NCBI GenBank assembly: GCA_963804165.1
Contig: CAWDPO010000009.1
Location: 32,001-96,000 of the forward strand
Direction: 5' to 3'
Source: an uncultured delta proteobacterium
GTDB taxonomy: Bacteria > Desulfobacterota > Binatia > UBA9968
DNA: 64,000 nt
Shown in pieces: positions 62,100-64,000 of this stretch. Positions within the stretch are counted from its first letter, which is position 1; every line of letters begins with the position of its first letter. The position numbers and the translations under genes were made by a program. The notes under the pieces were generated by a model that worked only from the letters and a program-made list of their open reading frames with translations, searched no databases and was not told where the DNA came from.

Positions 62100-62163
62100 T
62101 ACAGCGCGAAATCAACGCATAAAAGGCTCGCCGTCACCAACATGATCGCGGGCCTTTTTCTTA

Positions 62164-62721
62164 TTACGCTTGGGGTTTCAGATAAAGACTAATGTAATCG
62201 TTGAGAGCATCCTTGGTGCTGTCGAAAGCGAGATCGTGCCAAGGTATTTCCTTCGGTGCGAAGATTCGCGCTTCTAACGACTCATCCGCCGCCGCCAGCT
62301 CGCCGCTGATCACTTCGGCCGTATAAACCACAATCACATTCGGCGACCGTGGGTAGGAATAGACATTGAGAAGCGGCCCCAGCTTTACTTCAAGCTGTGA
62401 CTCCTCTTTCGTTTCACGCACCGCCGCGTCGCGCACGCTCTCGCCGCGGTCGACATAGCCGCCGGGAAAGACCCATTTGCCGAGAGCCGGTTCGACGGCG
62501 CGTTTCAGCAGCACGATGCCGCCGTCAAGCATAAATAACGTTCCGGCGACGACCTTGGGGTCCTGATAAAAAATAAACGAGCAAGTCTGGCAAACCAGGC
62601 GTTTGGGTTCGTTCGACTTTACCATGCGATGCGCCAGTTCGCCGCCGCAACGCGGGCAAAAGCGAAACTCTATATGACCGTGGCCATGCTCGTGGTGATG
62701 TTGATCGTGGTCTGATGCCAT
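62164..62721 (-). CDS. NUDIX hydrolase with N-terminal zinc ribbon
   Basis: FCPRCG...CQTC and PGGYVDRGESVRDAAVRETKEE; His-rich N-terminus. Confidence 0.9.
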   Translation of the reverse strand: MASDHDQHHHEHGHGHIEFRFCPRCGGELAHRMVKSNEPKRLVCQTCSFIFYQDPKVVAGTLFMLDGGIVLLKRAVEPALGKWVFPGGYVDRGESVRDAAVRETKEESQLEVKLGPLLNVYSYPRSPNVIVVYTAEVISGELAAADESLEARIFAPKEIPWHDLAFDSTKDALNDYISLYLKPQA

Positions 62722-62781
62722 ACTTTTCTTATTAGCCTACATTCAGTTGAAGTAAAAGAAGATTTCTGTAATCGTGTGGTA

Positions 62782-63459
62782 ATGCTTCGCGCTATGATTT
62801 TTGATTTCAACGGCATCATCGTCGACGATGAGCCGATCCATTTCAAGCTGTTTCAAAGGGTCCTCGGCGAAGAAGGAATAATTCTCACCGAAGAAGCCTA
62901 TTACGCCCGCTATCTTGGCTTCGACGATCGCGGCGCGTTCATGGCCGGATTCCGAGATAACCATCGCCCATTGACAGACCCCAAGCTGGCCGAGCTGATT
63001 GATCGTAAGGCTGCTTACTATCAGCAGGCCATATGCGATCACGTGATAATTTTTCCAGGAGTCAAGACCTTGGTATACGAGCTGGCCCCAGTTGTCCCTC
63101 TCGGGGTCGCTTCCGGGGCTTTGCGCCGCGAGATCGTGACCATCCTCACAACCGCGGGATTGCTAAATTACTTTCAAGCGATTGTGAGCACAGAAGACGT
63201 TGAGCACGGCAAACCTGAGCCGGAAATTTTTTTGAAGGTCCTGGCGAAGCTCAACGCGGGCGCCAGCCCCCAGATCGAACCCGCCGACTGCGTCGTGATC
63301 GAAGATTCCAAAGAAGGCATCCGCGGCGCGCGCAGGGCTGGAATGAAGTGCTTGGCGGTAACCAATTCACACCCAGCGGAATTGCTCGGCGAAGCGGACG
63401 CAGTCGTGAAAAGCCTGGAAGACGTCGCGCTTCCGTTCCTGCAGCAAATCTGTTCGTGA
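62782..63459 (+). CDS. HAD-superfamily phosphatase (beta-PGM-like)
   Basis: IFDFNG, GKPEPEIF and IEDS. Confidence 0.88.
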   Translation: MLRAMIFDFNGIIVDDEPIHFKLFQRVLGEEGIILTEEAYYARYLGFDDRGAFMAGFRDNHRPLTDPKLAELIDRKAAYYQQAICDHVIIFPGVKTLVYELAPVVPLGVASGALRREIVTILTTAGLLNYFQAIVSTEDVEHGKPEPEIFLKVLAKLNAGASPQIEPADCVVIEDSKEGIRGARRAGMKCLAVTNSHPAELLGEADAVVKSLEDVALPFLQQICS

Positions 63460-63462
63460 GAA

Positions 63463-64000
63463 CTATCGAAACGGCGTTCGCTGCGGCCGCACCGTGATTT
63501 CCACCGGGCAACAGGTGGCCGGCGTTGTGAGCACGTAAAGTACGGATTGAGCAACATCGTCGGCCTGAATCATCTTGCTCCGATCCAGCTGCCGGTTGGG
63601 CGGTATCAGAGGTGTGTCGACAAACCCGGGCAAGATCACCGATACTTTGATGCCGTGCTCGCGCACTTCCTCATAAAGCGATTGAGTGAACCCGATCAGG
63701 CCGAACTTCGATGCCGAGTACGCCGCGCCATTCGCTTCGCCGCTCTTTCCCGAAACCGAGCCGATGTTAATTACCGCGCCCTCGCCCTTCTCGATCATCG
63801 CCGGCAAGAGACTCTGCGCGAGCAGCATCGGCGCGCGTAAATTGACGCGAAAGGTTTGATCCAAATCCTCCGTCTTGGCCTTCACCACCGAAGACCTCTT
63901 CCCCCAACCTGCGTTATTGATGAGAATATCGATTGCGCCAAAATACTGTCCGCTTTGACCGACGAGTTTTTCAATCTCGTCATCCCGGGTAAGATCGCAC
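63463..64000 (-). CDS. Short-chain dehydrogenase/reductase (5' part outside the window)
   Basis: LINNAG (manual reading) and YSASK. Confidence 0.88.
   Translation of the reverse strand, partial: CDLTRDDEIEKLVGQSGQYFGAIDILINNAGWGKRSSVVKAKTEDLDQTFRVNLRAPMLLAQSLLPAMIEKGEGAVINIGSVSGKSGEANGAAYSASKFGLIGFTQSLYEEVREHGIKVSVILPGFVDTPLIPPNRQLDRSKMIQADDVAQSVLYVLTTPATCCPVEITVRPQRTPFR

Overview
Moderately GC-rich bacterial chromosomal segment. The gene content resembles Deltaproteobacteria-like Candidatus Binatia MAGs (inference only). The window has five parts. (1) 1-8.4 kb: a minus-strand operon built from a repeated UbiD + bicupin unit with Fe3+-type ABC components, bordered by a tyrosine-integrase relic at the 3' end of tRNA-Gly. 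(2) 9.3-14.5 kb: housekeeping genes (tRNA-Gly, pgsA, lytic transglycosylase, NUDIX, tRNA-Arg(TCG), LysM-like protein, cysS). (3) 14.6-37.6 kb: a UbiD, then a ~20 kb catabolic cluster divergent from a LysR gene (DUF3891, amidohydrolase, two more UbiDs, three xanthine-dehydrogenase-family Mo subunits with FAD/FeS partners, an ABC transporter). (4) 37.8-55.5 kb: rpoZ, small accessory genes and pseudogenes, a fourth Mo-hydroxylase, a Tat transglutaminase, and an apparently intact group II intron inserted in a CGTC-type REP. (5) 55.9-64 kb: a redox/selenium cluster, followed by a YgfZ-like protein, a Rieske ferredoxin, NUDIX, HAD and SDR genes. The cluster contains a selenocysteine BCP peroxiredoxin that the ORF track misses (in-frame TGA plus SECIS-like hairpin), a LysR, a fungal-Egt1-like sulfoxide synthase, DUF427, a signal-less PhnD-like protein and a Cys BCP paralog. 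Intergenic DNA is rich in REP, MITE and short-unit repeats. Many single-base frameshifts look like long-read assembly errors.
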